Notes under the pieces: model-generated
Databases searched by the model: none
The model's input: the letters and a program-made list of their open reading frames with translations, nothing else
Told to the model about the DNA's origin: nothing
Virus record (IMG/VR): IMGVR_UViG_3300045988_117149
DNA length: 64,000 bases
Origin: a virus
Reading direction: 5' to 3' (one strand)
Position numbers and translations under genes: made by a program
Shown here: positions 1 through 11,500 of the stretch, one piece after another
Position numbering within the stretch: position 1 is the first letter of the stretch
How the letters are laid out: the number at the start of each line of letters is the position of its first letter

Positions 1-561
1 ATATACCTTCTCAAGTATACCATGTTCTACATCTGGATGGTCATAATAATTACCAATTTCAATGAATAGGTTTCCGGTTGGGTCAAGCCTGCCCTTGCTC
101 CATTCCTCTAAGTCATTAAAGTATGGTCTTACATATCCTCTAGCAGGTAAGCCAGCATATAAGATTGTATGCAATAATCTCATATCGGCTTGTGTTTGAG
201 AAACGAGGTGTATATCAACTGTGATATCTTTAGTCTCATAGGGAAACTCTGAAGCTTGGTAATTACCGTCTTCTAACTTATCACCAATGATATATTTGTT
301 CACTCCAATATCACCAGCATAATAACCTTGCAGTTCGATTGTTATTCTGGGGAGAGTCTTGGGTCCTTTTACCTGATTGTTTCCTATACCAAACAAGGGT
401 ATAAACTTAGGCATACCCTTGATAGCCTCTGCAAAACGTTTTTCGTTTTCTTGAGACAAGGGCAAGAAGTCTTCTGGATTTAAGGTAAGACCCATTTCTA
501 ACATGGTGCTGAGGAGACATATATAGAATGTTCTCTCAACTACTTCTTCTGAATTTACCAT
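1..561 (-). CDS. hypothetical virion-module protein, N-terminal 187 codons; gene runs off the left edge
   Basis: Own translation. Minus-strand ATG at 561..559 lies 2 nt after the stop of 564..1511, and the frame stays open to position 1 (MVNSEEVVERTFYICLLSTMLEMGLTLNPEDF...). It is absent from the ORF track only because it is truncated. Confidence 0.55.
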   Translation of the reverse strand, partial: MVNSEEVVERTFYICLLSTMLEMGLTLNPEDFLPLSQENEKRFAEAIKGMPKFIPLFGIGNNQVKGPKTLPRITIELQGYYAGDIGVNKYIIGDKLEDGNYQASEFPYETKDITVDIHLVSQTQADMRLLHTILYAGLPARGYVRPYFNDLEEWSKGRLDPTGNLFIEIGNYYDHPDVEHGILEKVY

Positions 562-563
562 AA

Positions 564-1511
564 TTAAGCTTGATCAGGAATAACTCTAAGTCCTTCATCA
601 GCATTTACCCAATTTACTGTACCATCTCCTACTTGTATTTGAGCCTCTACTACTAAGATATATAAAATTCCAAAAAACCTACAGTCATAATGGATAGTAC
701 AGGTTAATTCATCAACACTGGTCGTTGCTGCTGAGGGGTAATTCGTAAACCATAGTTTCCAAGGAATAGGGTCTCCACTTAGATTTGGGATAGTACCATT
801 AACTGTTTCCCCAATCTTGGGTACTCTGAAGGGTCTAATAAACGTAGCTACCTCTTCTCCATTGATAGTGTACACTATGTAACCCCTAAAGGTAGCAGTC
901 TTCACAGCAGGATTATTTGCTACAGAGTGACCTAATCCTGCTACTGGTCTAATTTCATAAGTAACTACTCTAACACTTGGAGATTGAGTTATATTAATAG
1001 CTTTCTCGAATTTTTCACTTTGAATTATCTTGACTACTCCAGTTCTTTCAATTGGATTATAGGTACCCGACTGATACTCCCCATTTCTTGATAGAGTTTT
1101 AATAATAGCCTTTCCTGGTTTATTACCTTCGCCTACCTCTTGGGTTACTTCTAACCAGTCTACGGTAGTTTCGATTTTCCAATCTACAGCTCTATATTCA
1201 TCCTGAGGTACATTGTTGAGGAACTTTTGTTGATAGCTGTATACCTCTATCTCTAAAGTCTCACCCTTTTTAGTACCATCAAAGGTATGGGCAGTTACGT
1301 CTGGAGAAATACTCCAGTATGTATTCCAGGATTCTGCAGGGGTAGTGTTAGCTTTCTGAACCAAGGTTACTTCCCTTTCTACTCCCTGTACTACTACCTT
1401 GAGGATCTGTTCTTTGATATTATCTCGGTCTTCATTTATTGCCTTCGGTTTTACACGAATAGTGGCAGTACCTGTTCCGGATAATGCGGATATTTCAAAA
1501 TCTGCTGCCAT
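564..1511 (-). CDS. virion protein with BACON-like/Ig-like repeat ends (315 aa)
   Basis: Segments GTGTATIRVKP...REVTLVQKA and ERTGVVKIIQSEKFEKAINITQSPS follow the same R-x-x-x-[IVL]-x-[IVL]...[IV]-x-[IV]-x-Q ending as the other BACON-like genes here. TAATG overlap with the upstream gene at 1511. Confidence 0.5.
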   Translation of the reverse strand: MAADFEISALSGTGTATIRVKPKAINEDRDNIKEQILKVVVQGVEREVTLVQKANTTPAESWNTYWSISPDVTAHTFDGTKKGETLEIEVYSYQQKFLNNVPQDEYRAVDWKIETTVDWLEVTQEVGEGNKPGKAIIKTLSRNGEYQSGTYNPIERTGVVKIIQSEKFEKAINITQSPSVRVVTYEIRPVAGLGHSVANNPAVKTATFRGYIVYTINGEEVATFIRPFRVPKIGETVNGTIPNLSGDPIPWKLWFTNYPSAATTSVDELTCTIHYDCRFFGILYILVVEAQIQVGDGTVNWVNADEGLRVIPDQA

Positions 1512-2068
1512 TATTTTACCCTCCTTATTTCTTTTCTGATTTCATTTCGTATTTCCTTTTGTAAGGCTACCTTTCCACCTGCAGCCTTAAATGCAGGACC
1601 CCAGAGAGGACGAGGTGGTAAGTTACCATCTCTGCTACCATACTCGAGCATGATAGCAATCTGATTCAAAGTTTTTCTTGAAGTCTTACCTGTGTAGGTA
1701 ATCTTCCTGATTCCAATTGGTAATCCTACGAAAGTCCTCTTCTTACCTTTTACTATGGTAACGGACTTTGCATATTGACCAGTAAGGTTTAGCATTGTAT
1801 GTTCTCCATACTTCTTAATGGTACCTGGAGAATGTTTTGGCCAAGATACTCCAGAACCCTTTGGAGGTATACCAGTATTTAAACTACGCCTTACTATACG
1901 AAGAAGTTGATTGCCAAACTTCTCGGTACCTTTCGCATAGCCTTTTGTTAAGATACTTGGAGTCTGAGCAATCAACCTTTCTGCACGAGCTTGTTCTCGT
2001 TTATCTACGTATATTTCTAGTGGACCAATTGGAGTCGATATATTAATATTAACCGACTTACTTGGCAT
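1511..2068 (-). CDS. HK97 gp10-like head-tail completion protein
   Basis: C-terminal IAIMLEYGSRDGNLPPRPLWGPAF resembles the lEfGT..p.rPFl.PA signature of the HK97 gp10 family. Preferred ATG is 2068 (MPSKSVNINI), right after the stop of 2070..2591. The track start at 2104 overlaps the upstream gene. Confidence 0.45.
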   Translation of the reverse strand: MPSKSVNINISTPIGPLEIYVDKREQARAERLIAQTPSILTKGYAKGTEKFGNQLLRIVRRSLNTGIPPKGSGVSWPKHSPGTIKKYGEHTMLNLTGQYAKSVTIVKGKKRTFVGLPIGIRKITYTGKTSRKTLNQIAIMLEYGSRDGNLPPRPLWGPAFKAAGGKVALQKEIRNEIRKEIRRVK

Positions 2069-2069
2069 G

Positions 2070-2591
2070 TTACTTGTCTTTAAATAATCCCAGCTCTTCG
2101 GCAATTTTTTCCAGGAGTGCTTCTGACCTATTTAATCGGACATCCACATTACCCATGTAGGCTTTAAATTCTTCGAACTCAGGAGCTGGTTTACTGGGTT
2201 CTTTGTAATTGATAGAGCCTAAAATTTTATCGCATTCTGATACAATTGCCTCATACCTTTCCCGGTTATTAAGAATGTTCACTGCATTCTGTCTCTGATT
2301 AGAAACTTCACTGATAATGTTGTCCAGATTAGTGGTATAATAAATACCATTGTAAATACCTTCCTCTGCCTGAGATGGCAAATAGATTGTGATTTGAGAT
2401 ACTGAATCCTGTATCACAAGTTCAAGGCTATTTACAAATCCATCCTTAACCATGGATGCCATGGGTTTACTTTCACCTACCTTCAGAATCCTTGCTTGGT
2501 CAAAGATAGGATAGAGAGCACGTCGGTCTCTTTCTAAGGAGAAGATTATATCCCCTTTCTGCAACTTTTGAAAAATCATCTTATCGTCCAT
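2070..2591 (-). CDS. hypothetical structural-module protein (173 aa)
   Basis: ORF-track ORF, co-directional, 1-nt gaps to neighbours. No motif recognised. Confidence 0.55.
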   Translation of the reverse strand: MDDKMIFQKLQKGDIIFSLERDRRALYPIFDQARILKVGESKPMASMVKDGFVNSLELVIQDSVSQITIYLPSQAEEGIYNGIYYTTNLDNIISEVSNQRQNAVNILNNRERYEAIVSECDKILGSINYKEPSKPAPEFEEFKAYMGNVDVRLNRSEALLEKIAEELGLFKDK

Positions 2592-2592
2592 G

Positions 2593-2793
2593 TTACTTCT
2601 TATTTATTAAATTTAAACCAAATGAAACTGCACCTGGATTCTTCTGCATGAAGTCTACCAGGTTTAAGAATTGATAGTATCCAAATTGATTTATGAGTAC
2701 CTGAGCTTTGTTTGCTACTTCTTGTGCAATCTCTATATTAGGAGCGGGTAATGCCAATTGTATCTTAAATTCGGTGAGTTGTTCTTGTTCCAT
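2593..2793 (-). CDS. hypothetical protein (66 aa)
   Basis: ORF-track ORF tightly coupled to 2070..2591. First gene after the terminator at 2811..2852. Confidence 0.45.
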   Translation of the reverse strand: MEQEQLTEFKIQLALPAPNIEIAQEVANKAQVLINQFGYYQFLNLVDFMQKNPGAVSFGLNLINKK

Positions 2794-2810
2794 AATTCCT
2801 TAGTTATTGG

Positions 2811-2852
2811 GTTAAAACGAAAAAAGGAGTACACCGGTTAGATGCACTCCTT
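2811..2852 (-). terminator. intrinsic terminator after 2879..3586
   Basis: Stem AAGGAGT (2824..2830) / ACTCCTT (2846..2852). On the minus strand it is followed by TTTTTCGTTTT. Confidence 0.6.
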
Positions 2853-2878
2853 TTCAATCATCTTAGTTTTTGGCAAAT

Positions 2879-3586
2879 TTAAGCCGGTGTAGTAGTGGTG
2901 CCTTTCAATGCAGCAACTACCTGGCTAATGATGTTCTGGTCTCTTTGAGCATCAACTACCCGGTTAAGGCGAGCAATCTCCTGGTCTTTGGCAGTGTTCT
3001 CGATGAGGCACTTGATTTCCTGTTGACCATTCTTCAGATCACAGCAGCAACGTTCCAACTGAAGAGCCAGATCGGATTTCACTTCCTTAATCAAGCCCTT
3101 AGTTTCACAGCAACAGTTTTGCTGTTCGTGTTCCATGTTGCAGAGACGGTCCATTACACGATTGAAGCCTGCGCCCATTTGGTCACGAGAATCTCTGATA
3201 TCAGAGTTCGTTTTGTAACCCAAATCACAAAGACCTCTTTCGGTAGTGAAACGGTTGTTGAGGATTTCTCTTCCAACACCTGCAACGTCTTTTGCTACAC
3301 CGCTGATTTCCTGAGTTACTCCTCTAGCAGCATCAGAGATATCCTTGTAGATACCTGCCTTTGCTTCCTGAACAGTAGATTCTACTTTCTGGATGTCAGC
3401 CTTGGTGTCATTGATTTTGTCCCATACGGAAACTGCAGCAGCACCAAAGCCACCACCTACCAATGCACCACCGACTGCACCCCAACCAGAACCCCAGCCT
3501 GAGTTGTTACGACCATAGTTGCAATCATTGCAACCTCTATCCGCGATTACTACGCCATCGCCAGCACCTTTAACTTCGACTCCCAT
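2879..3586 (-). CDS. glycine-zipper / triple-cysteine protein of unknown function (235 aa)
   Basis: N-terminus has GCNDCNYG, then the hydrophobic Gly-rich stretch GWGSGWGAVGGALVGGGFGAAAV. This is followed by an amphipathic repeat-like region and two CCC motifs (NCCCETK, RCCCDLK). Visibly higher GC than its neighbours, with its own terminator. Confidence 0.6.
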   Translation of the reverse strand: MGVEVKGAGDGVVIADRGCNDCNYGRNNSGWGSGWGAVGGALVGGGFGAAAVSVWDKINDTKADIQKVESTVQEAKAGIYKDISDAARGVTQEISGVAKDVAGVGREILNNRFTTERGLCDLGYKTNSDIRDSRDQMGAGFNRVMDRLCNMEHEQQNCCCETKGLIKEVKSDLALQLERCCCDLKNGQQEIKCLIENTAKDQEIARLNRVVDAQRDQNIISQVVAALKGTTTTPA

Positions 3587-3668
3587 AACGGTTTAGTTTT
3601 AGAAAGTTAATAAATAAGTTTTTGATTTCTCTAATACATTATAAAATACTATACTATGGTGTTGTATT

Positions 3669-5510
3669 TTAAACACTAAAGTAATATTCATAGGTAATCA
3701 CTGCAGCATTCTGAGTTATGTTGACTGTAAGCTCCCAACCGTCATCATCGTTTTCTGCTTGCCTTAATTTAATGGTACCTGACCTTGTTGATTCTACGGT
3801 ATTCTCTGTTAAGGTTAAGGTTAACCCATAGTTTCCATTATCACTTGATAACGTTGTAATTGCTACATTTGTAACCCAACTTGGTTTTGAGGTTACAGTT
3901 AAAGCTAATGGGTATCTTGTACTTATTTCAGAACCGTTTATTACCTTAGTCTTAAAAGAATAAGCTACATCAACTATAAAATTATTACCTCCCAAAGCTG
4001 ATAATCCGGTTCTGGAAGTAGTTCTAGAACCAGTAGGGGAAGTAAATGCCAAGTAATACTTATAAGATACTGAAGCAGCACTCTGAGTAACTGTGATGGT
4101 TTTAGTAGTTGCCCCACTATAGGATGCAGTTACTGTACAACTTCTACTTGAAGTACCCGTGTTCTCTGTAGCAGTAAGTACCGTCTTAGCTGAATTCAAA
4201 CTAAATCCAGTACCACTTGCACTAACCGTAGGTGTAGCACTCTTCGAAGAACCTGCACTTGTTGACCCTGAACTCCAATGGTTGGTAGTAGGTATACTTA
4301 CACTGGCATAAATATTAACACTACCTCCTGAATTAGAGATAGAGTATGAATTTGCCGATAAACTTATTACTGGTGTACCATCGGTAGTACTGGTAATTGA
4401 ATTCGCTGCCTGATATACATCAAGGGTTATAGATTTCGATTTACCATTCAGAGATACTGTACAAGTAAGGGAGCCTACTCTTGTTCTAGCCTTAGATGTA
4501 GTTCCCAAAGAACTTGCACTAACGGCAGTACCATAAGAAATACTAGCACCAGATGTAATCGTACCTCCTCCCGTAGTAGAACCATTCCATCCCCAAGTCT
4601 GTGAATAACTTGGAGCTGTTGTAAATGAACTCCTTGTTCCTCCTGATGCTGGGATATCTGATACTGCTCCACCACTTACTGTGATTTCACTATAGGTTCT
4701 ATAACCTGCAGATTGAGAACAACTAATGGTTAACTTCTTATTGGTTTCTGCTTGAGTTAATACTACACTACCAGACTTTGCCGAAGTAGAAGTATTATTG
4801 GCCATAGTTACCGAAGTACCAGTACCAGTAACTCCTGTATTAGCCCGGGTATAACTTAAAGAAACCTGACTACCATAAGTATGCCCATTTCTGTACTCTT
4901 GTTTGTAAGAAGTTACAGTAAATGTTTTCGTTCCTCCAGTTGCCCCAAATGACATAGATGTTGGATTCACTGAGAAAGTCTGAGTCCAACTTTGAGATGC
5001 TGCTGCCTGAGACCAACCGATAGCAAAAGTTTTACCAGAGCCCTGTTGGAGTATTACTCCATCAGTCTTGGACCTTGCAGTTAAATCTAAGTTCTCTTGA
5101 GCAACCCAACCTCCGGCATCGGACCAAGATATCCAAGAAGGTAATCCAGAAGTAGAGTAATTTACATCCTCTTTAATACCAGTAGCTACACCATCTAAGT
5201 ACTTTTCCCGATTAGAGGTTCCTCCAAAGCCTTTATCTGCATTGGTAGGAGACCCACCTAAAGCAGTAAAGTTTAGAGTAGTATTAGCAAGGGTAAAAGT
5301 ATACTTATAGGTTACCTTATGAATATCTTCGAGTTTAACACCCTCGTTATTTCCATAGGAACTAGCATTGGAGATTTCCAAGCCAACGTAATTTTCCCCC
5401 GTTCCTGTAGGGGTGAGTGCTAACAATTCAGCCTTGGTAGGGCAGTCGTTACCTGTCTTACCAAGGCCTACTTTAGTTTTGACAGCACTCCATGTTGCTA
5501 TCTCTCCCAT
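3669..5510 (-). CDS. S/T-rich fibre or receptor-binding protein with about 4 or more BACON-like repeats (613 aa)
   Basis: Repeat ends are AKSGSVVLTQAETNKKLTISCSQSAG, RVGSLTCTVSLNGKSKSITLDVYQAANS, SRSCTVTASYSGATTKTITVTQSAAS and TRSGTIKLRQAENDDDGWELTVNITQNAA. Lies immediately downstream of the giant fibre gene. Confidence 0.6.
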   Translation of the reverse strand: MGEIATWSAVKTKVGLGKTGNDCPTKAELLALTPTGTGENYVGLEISNASSYGNNEGVKLEDIHKVTYKYTFTLANTTLNFTALGGSPTNADKGFGGTSNREKYLDGVATGIKEDVNYSTSGLPSWISWSDAGGWVAQENLDLTARSKTDGVILQQGSGKTFAIGWSQAAASQSWTQTFSVNPTSMSFGATGGTKTFTVTSYKQEYRNGHTYGSQVSLSYTRANTGVTGTGTSVTMANNTSTSAKSGSVVLTQAETNKKLTISCSQSAGYRTYSEITVSGGAVSDIPASGGTRSSFTTAPSYSQTWGWNGSTTGGGTITSGASISYGTAVSASSLGTTSKARTRVGSLTCTVSLNGKSKSITLDVYQAANSITSTTDGTPVISLSANSYSISNSGGSVNIYASVSIPTTNHWSSGSTSAGSSKSATPTVSASGTGFSLNSAKTVLTATENTGTSSRSCTVTASYSGATTKTITVTQSAASVSYKYYLAFTSPTGSRTTSRTGLSALGGNNFIVDVAYSFKTKVINGSEISTRYPLALTVTSKPSWVTNVAITTLSSDNGNYGLTLTLTENTVESTRSGTIKLRQAENDDDGWELTVNITQNAAVITYEYYFSV

Positions 5511-5511
5511 A

Positions 5512-8500
5512 TTAATCTACATCTTTAAGATTTCTGAGTTCTGAGATTTCAGCCTTCAAAGCCTTAATCTCATCGTAAAGAAGTTTGATACCTTCGATTG
5601 CCAGAGTAGACATCTTATGGTACTTAACTTGTTTTACCAATACGTATTCTTCACCGTCGATAACAACTGTTTCGAATTCCTCAGGATTAGGAACTGAATC
5701 CTTAGTTCTTGGGTCTTCTTCTACGTAGTTATTAAACCCAGCTGCTTCCAAACCTTGTGCAATGGTACCTTCATCTTCCTTACCATCCATGATAAAGGAT
5801 TCTGTAGGTATACTGCAAATTTGTTCCAGAGTATGGGTTAACGGTTTGATGTTAGATTTCAATCTTTCATCGGAAGACTCTTTCCAGAAACCAGAAGGAG
5901 CAGTAGTCTTAGCAAATACTACCTGGTCGGTAGTTGCCAATCCCAACTGGGTTCTAGTTACTGAATGAGGATTATCCTTTCTACCTGCATGGTTACTGAT
6001 AGAAGTCTGAGCAGCAGTACCAGCAGCCTTAGCATCGGCAATGGCAGAAGCTTGAGCGGTAGATACTGGTTTGTTAGCATCCGAGGTATTATCGGCATTA
6101 CCTAAACCTACCTGAGCCTTGGTTACTCCATGAGGATTGCTCTTATTGGCAATATGCTGATTTACCTTGGTTTCCAATGCCGTTAAATCGGTATCAGTAT
6201 TACCTACTGCTTCATCGATGTAAGTTTTCAATTCTGTTCTAAGAGAATTGATAGCATTGGTTCTGTTAGTAATTTCATTTGCCAACCCAGTAACTGTGTT
6301 ATCCAGGTTCTTCTTGTCGGCTGCAGTCATTACACCGGCTACGGTTTGTGTAGCTGCAGGAATATCGAAAGTATGTTGAGTTTCGTTTACCTGGAAACTA
6401 CCATCCTCTTTCCTTTCTGTCCACCAATAACCTATGGTTAATTTAGTAGCAGAAGTAATCAGATTAATTAAATTACCTGAGTTCTCCAAATCTCTACCAA
6501 GGATATGGTCAGGGAAACTGTTAATCTTAGCCGTAATTGCATTATCGGCATTAGTACGATTGGTAGTTTCGGTAGCTATCTGATTAGGTAGGGTAGTGTC
6601 AAGCTTAACCTTATCAGCAGCAGTCATTACACCAGCCTGAGAAGCTGTAGCAGCAGTAATCTGAGAATAATGATCTTGAATATTACCATTACCAAACCAA
6701 CATTTGAAATTCAGTCGTACTGTACTTGCTTGGTAAGTGTTATTATTAAAATGAGATGCACCATTAGCTTTCAGAGAAGCTACCTGGTCTTCCAATTCTT
6801 TACCTCTACCACCATCGAAAGCAGTACCTGTAATTTGTCCAAGGATAAGTACCTGAGCATCTGCCCTTGCAAAGATAGTACCTGTCCAACGGAATTGGTA
6901 AGGAGGTTCACCATTGGTAATATTGATATAAATCTTACCTGCCTCTCCAGTGATAGCATTCTGATGAGCAGCATCCGAATACAATTTGATATTCGTAAGT
7001 TCTCCCGTAGCAGATTTATCATAAGTAGCATATACATCAATGATGTCATCTACGTATGATGGCAATTGGTTAGCCGGTACCGTACCATTAGCATCAAGAG
7101 AAGCAAAGCCATTAGCTTTACCTTTCGTAGCAACAAAGGCATCATGCTTAGCTTCTAGAGCATCAATATTTGCCTGCAATTTATTATCAAGTGCGGTATC
7201 TGCTGCGGTTCTATCGGATATCTCTTTGTCGATTCTTGCACCCAATGCAGTATCAGCATCCGTACGGGCTTTTGCTTCATCGGCTACTGCTTTAGTGAAC
7301 TTAGTATCAAGGGCTGTATCGGCATCTTTACGGTCTTGGATTTCCTTGTTTAGAGCAGCTGTAGAGGAATTAGTCAAAGCCTCGATTGCATCTTTACGGT
7401 CTTGAACCTCTTGAGCAATAGCATCTGGTAATGTCTCATCAAGATTTACCTTATCTGCTGCAGTCATTACACCCGCAAGAGTTTCAGTAGCAGCGGGTAT
7501 ATAAGTAGTCTTAAAATCTCCAGCTTCACTGGTATAAATACCACTCTCTTTTTTAGAAGAGAACTTATGAGTTAAAGTAACATGGCTACTCTGTTGAACT
7601 ACCTCAACTGGTTTATCACCAGATAGGATGATGACCTTATCTGGTATAGAATCGAACAACTTCTTATCAGCTGCTGATTGTACACCAGCCTTTTCGGGAG
7701 TAGATGAAGGCAGAGTAATGGGATTCTGAACTGTAGTACCATCTTCAACATTAGTCTTAGTAGCAGCAATTCCTACAGTAGTTTCATTAGGAGTAACTGC
7801 ACCCAAAGCAAAGTTAGCGGTATTGATTCTGTCCAATTCTACTTTATCTTTCGCAGTCATAGTACCAGCCTTATCTGCTGATACTACCGGTAAATCGAAA
7901 GTATCCGTAGTGTCATCATTCAAGCCATTATCCTTAGTTACTGTAACTGTAACCTTATCAGCATCAGAAGCTGCTGAGATTTCGGTAATAGCATTGGGGT
8001 CTAAGCCATCAAGTTTAACCTTGTCTGCAGCAGACATAACTCCGGCAAGAGTTTGAGTAACTGGCAAAAGGTTCTTAGTTGCCTCTACCTCATCACCATA
8101 CTGATTATTCTCTTGGTCTTTAGTAGAAGTTTTTACCTTGAATGTAAGTTGAGTAGCGTTACGAGTTACAGCACTTACATCTGTAACCATGGTACCAGGC
8201 AAAGCATCAGAAGTACCTTCCTCAGCTACCAATCTTTCCTCATGGTCATTGGTAATTGCAGTGAATTTATTATCCAATGCAGTATCGGCATCGGTTCTGT
8301 CTTGGATTTCTTTATCGATACGAGCATTGATTTTCTTATCTTCTGCAATACGAGCAGCTTCCTCTGCATCGATATTATCCTGGAGAACTTTATCGGCAGC
8401 AATTCTTTCTTCTCTTTCTGTATTGAGGTCAGAAGTATTCTGGTCGATTTTTGCCTCCAATCGGATATCTTCGGATTTACGAGTAGCAATTTCACTTTCC

Positions 8501-11500
8501 AACAAATCCTTGATGGCAGTGTAATTACCATTAACGTTATCTTGAATACCCTGGATTAGTTCCAAGTTACGTTGGATATTTGCCGAATTCTGATTTACCA
8601 AAGCATTGGTAGCATTCAGAGAAGTTAACAACTCTGTACGAGTTTCACTAACGAAAGTTCTCAAATCATTTACCGTTGTGGTAAGAGTAGTACTCAGGTT
8701 AGTGAAAGATTGTTGCAGGTTATCGTCTCCTTGTTCACGCAAGTTCTTTTCAGCAGTAAGCTTATTTTCTAATTCAGTAAGCTTAGCAGTCATAGTTGCA
8801 GCGAAATTTGGGTCATCCCCTAATGCCTTAGCAATCTCTGCTAGAGTATCAAGTACTTCAGGTGCAGAACCAATAATCTTTTGGATAGCTGCCTCTACTT
8901 GTTCTGCATTCTGGAAATCAGAATCATTGAGTAATTCTGATACCTTCGTAATGTAGTTAGCATGTTCTTCGATGCCATCAAGTTTAGCATACAGAAGGTC
9001 GGTAAAATCATTTGCAGAAAGACCCTTGCCATCTACTTTGTCTACCTTCTTATTATCCATTGCCTGGTCTGCAGCAGTACGGTCTGCCTTTTCCTGAGCA
9101 ATAGCATTATTAATAAGGGTATCTTGATTAGCACGTTCTGTGGCCTCCTTATCGATATTGGTTTGCAACAGAGTATCACCTGCCAAACGTTCGTTCTTCT
9201 CAGTAAGGATATCCTGGTTGATAGCAGCCATGTCATCCTTGTGATTCTGAAGATTGGTATCAATCTTTGCCTCAAGAGAAGTTTCCTTGGCAATTGCCCG
9301 GTCTTTCTCTGTATTGATTGCAGTGGTATTATTCTTAACCTGCTCTTTGAGGTCATTCATAGCAGTCGTATTGCCTGCCTCTAGAGTATCAATACGAGCT
9401 CCCAATGCAGTATCAGCCGCAGCTCTGTCCGTTTTTTCTTGGTCAATCTTGGTATTCAATTTACCTACCTCTGATTCCAAAGCTTGTTTGGTATTATCCA
9501 ACTTAGCAGTGAATTCTGTAGACAAGGCTTTATCTGCAGCAGTACGGTCTGCTACTTCTTTATCGAGATTTACCTGAAGAACTTGGTCTGCAGCTGTTCT
9601 CTCAACACGTTCAGTGTTAAGGTCGATATTTACATTATCAATACGAGAACTCAAACCACTGTCAGCATTAGTACGGTCAACGATTTCCTCGTTAATCATA
9701 TCCTTAACCTCCTTGTAGTTATCACCTACTGTCTTGGTTAAGTTAGTGATGGCTTCTGAGTTTCTTTCGATATCGTGCTGATTAGTAGCGATAGCAGTAG
9801 TATTCGCATTAACCTGTTCCGTAAGTTCATTACGAAGAGTGTTAATAGAATCCTGAATGCTCAAAGCCAATTCTGAAACACGTTTGTTTACGTTATTCAA
9901 ACTTACAGTGTAAGCCTCATCAGCAGTCTTTCTGTCGGCAATTTCCTTATCCAAGCTTGCCTGGATTGCGGCATCTGCATCTTTACGGTCTTGGATTTCT
10001 TTGTTCAAGTTATCCTTAACTACATTAAGAGCAGTATCACCAGCAGTGGATTTATTGTCGATATATTCTTTCAGTTTAGTTTCAAGAGCAGTATCTGCAG
10101 CAATTCGGTCTGCCTTTTCTGTAGCTACCTCTGCACTGTTTGCAGCATCACCAGCAATACGGTCTTCCTTCTCTTGGTTAATCTCCTCGGTTAAGGCAGC
10201 TAACTTCTTGGTGATAGTTGTTGCAAAGTTGGGGTCATTACCAAGAGCATCGGCAATTTCCTTCAAGGTATCAAGTACCTCGGGAGCAGAACCTACAATT
10301 TTCTGAATAGCAGCATTAACTTGCTCTTCATTTTGGAAGTCCATATCATTAATCAACTCAGAGAGCTTGGTAATGTAATTGGCTTTCTCTTCAATACCGT
10401 CAAGCTTAGCTTTGAGAATATCCGTAAAGTCATTCTTAGTCAATGAATAACCTTCACGTTTATCTACCTTCTTATTATCAAGAGCAGTATCTGCATCTTT
10501 ACGAGCCTGAGTTTCAGTAGCAATAGCTTCTAACAGTTGAGTCTTATCTGCTTGACCTTGGAGTTTTACATCCTCAATCTTATGATCCAAAACCAAATCC
10601 TGAGCAGCACGAGCAGTAGCTTCGGAATCAATATTATTCTGAAGTACCTGGTCTGCAGAGGTACGAGCTTGAGCCTCTTGGTCAATTTTACCTTGCAAAG
10701 CATTATCTGCATTAGTACGGTCAGCTACCTCTTTAGAAATTTCATTATGAAGAACTTGGTCCTCAGAATGACGGTCTACTGCTTCCTGGTCAATCTTACT
10801 CTGCAATGCTTGAGTATCTGATTGGCGATTAGTGATTTCCTCATTAATCTTAGAATCCAGAATAGTATCTGCATTCGTACGATTAGATACCTCTTCAGCA
10901 ATCTTGGCTTCAAGAGCAGCCTTGTCATTGATGTGAAGAGTTTTGAGTTCATTTACACTTTCCTTGATTTCGTTATCGGCAGCGATACGTTCGTCCTTTT
11001 CTTGTTGGATGAGGCTCTTAAGTTCATCCTTAATCTCATCGCTCTTATCGTTTACCTTATCATTGAGATCCTTAATGTCTTCGGCATTTTTATCTGCCTT
11101 AGCTTCTACCCGAGCAATATCAGCTTTCAAGTCTGCCTTAACAGTATCAATTTTGTTGATTAACTGTTCAGCAGCATATTTCAAGTTATCATCTACCGCA
11201 GCAATAGCAGCACCCAATGCAGCTTCTGCTTCCTTAGCACGACTTACTTCCTCGCTAAGAGAAGTACGAAGCTCGGTAAGTTTATTTGTGATAGTTGTTG
11301 CAAAGTTGGGGTCATTGCCCAAGGCTTCTGCCAACTCCTTAAGAGTATCAAGAGCATCATCAGCACCATCAACCAGGTCACTGATTGCCTTCTTAACATC
11401 CTCTTCAGTTTGGAACTTGAGATCATTTTCAAGCTCTGAAACTTTAGTGATGTAGTTTGCTTTCTCCTCGATTCCATCCAACTTAGCCTTAAGCTCGTCG

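Noticed and set aside
5762-11455. About 20 plus-strand ORFs (60-170 aa) inside the giant fibre gene, plus minus-strand alternative-frame ORFs (6780..7049, 8226..8531, 9042..9356, 11244..11525).
   Set aside because: They are antisense or off-frame readings of a repetitive coiled-coil gene. Their products are low-complexity S/A/L/I-rich strings, and the 2056-aa frame explains the region completely.
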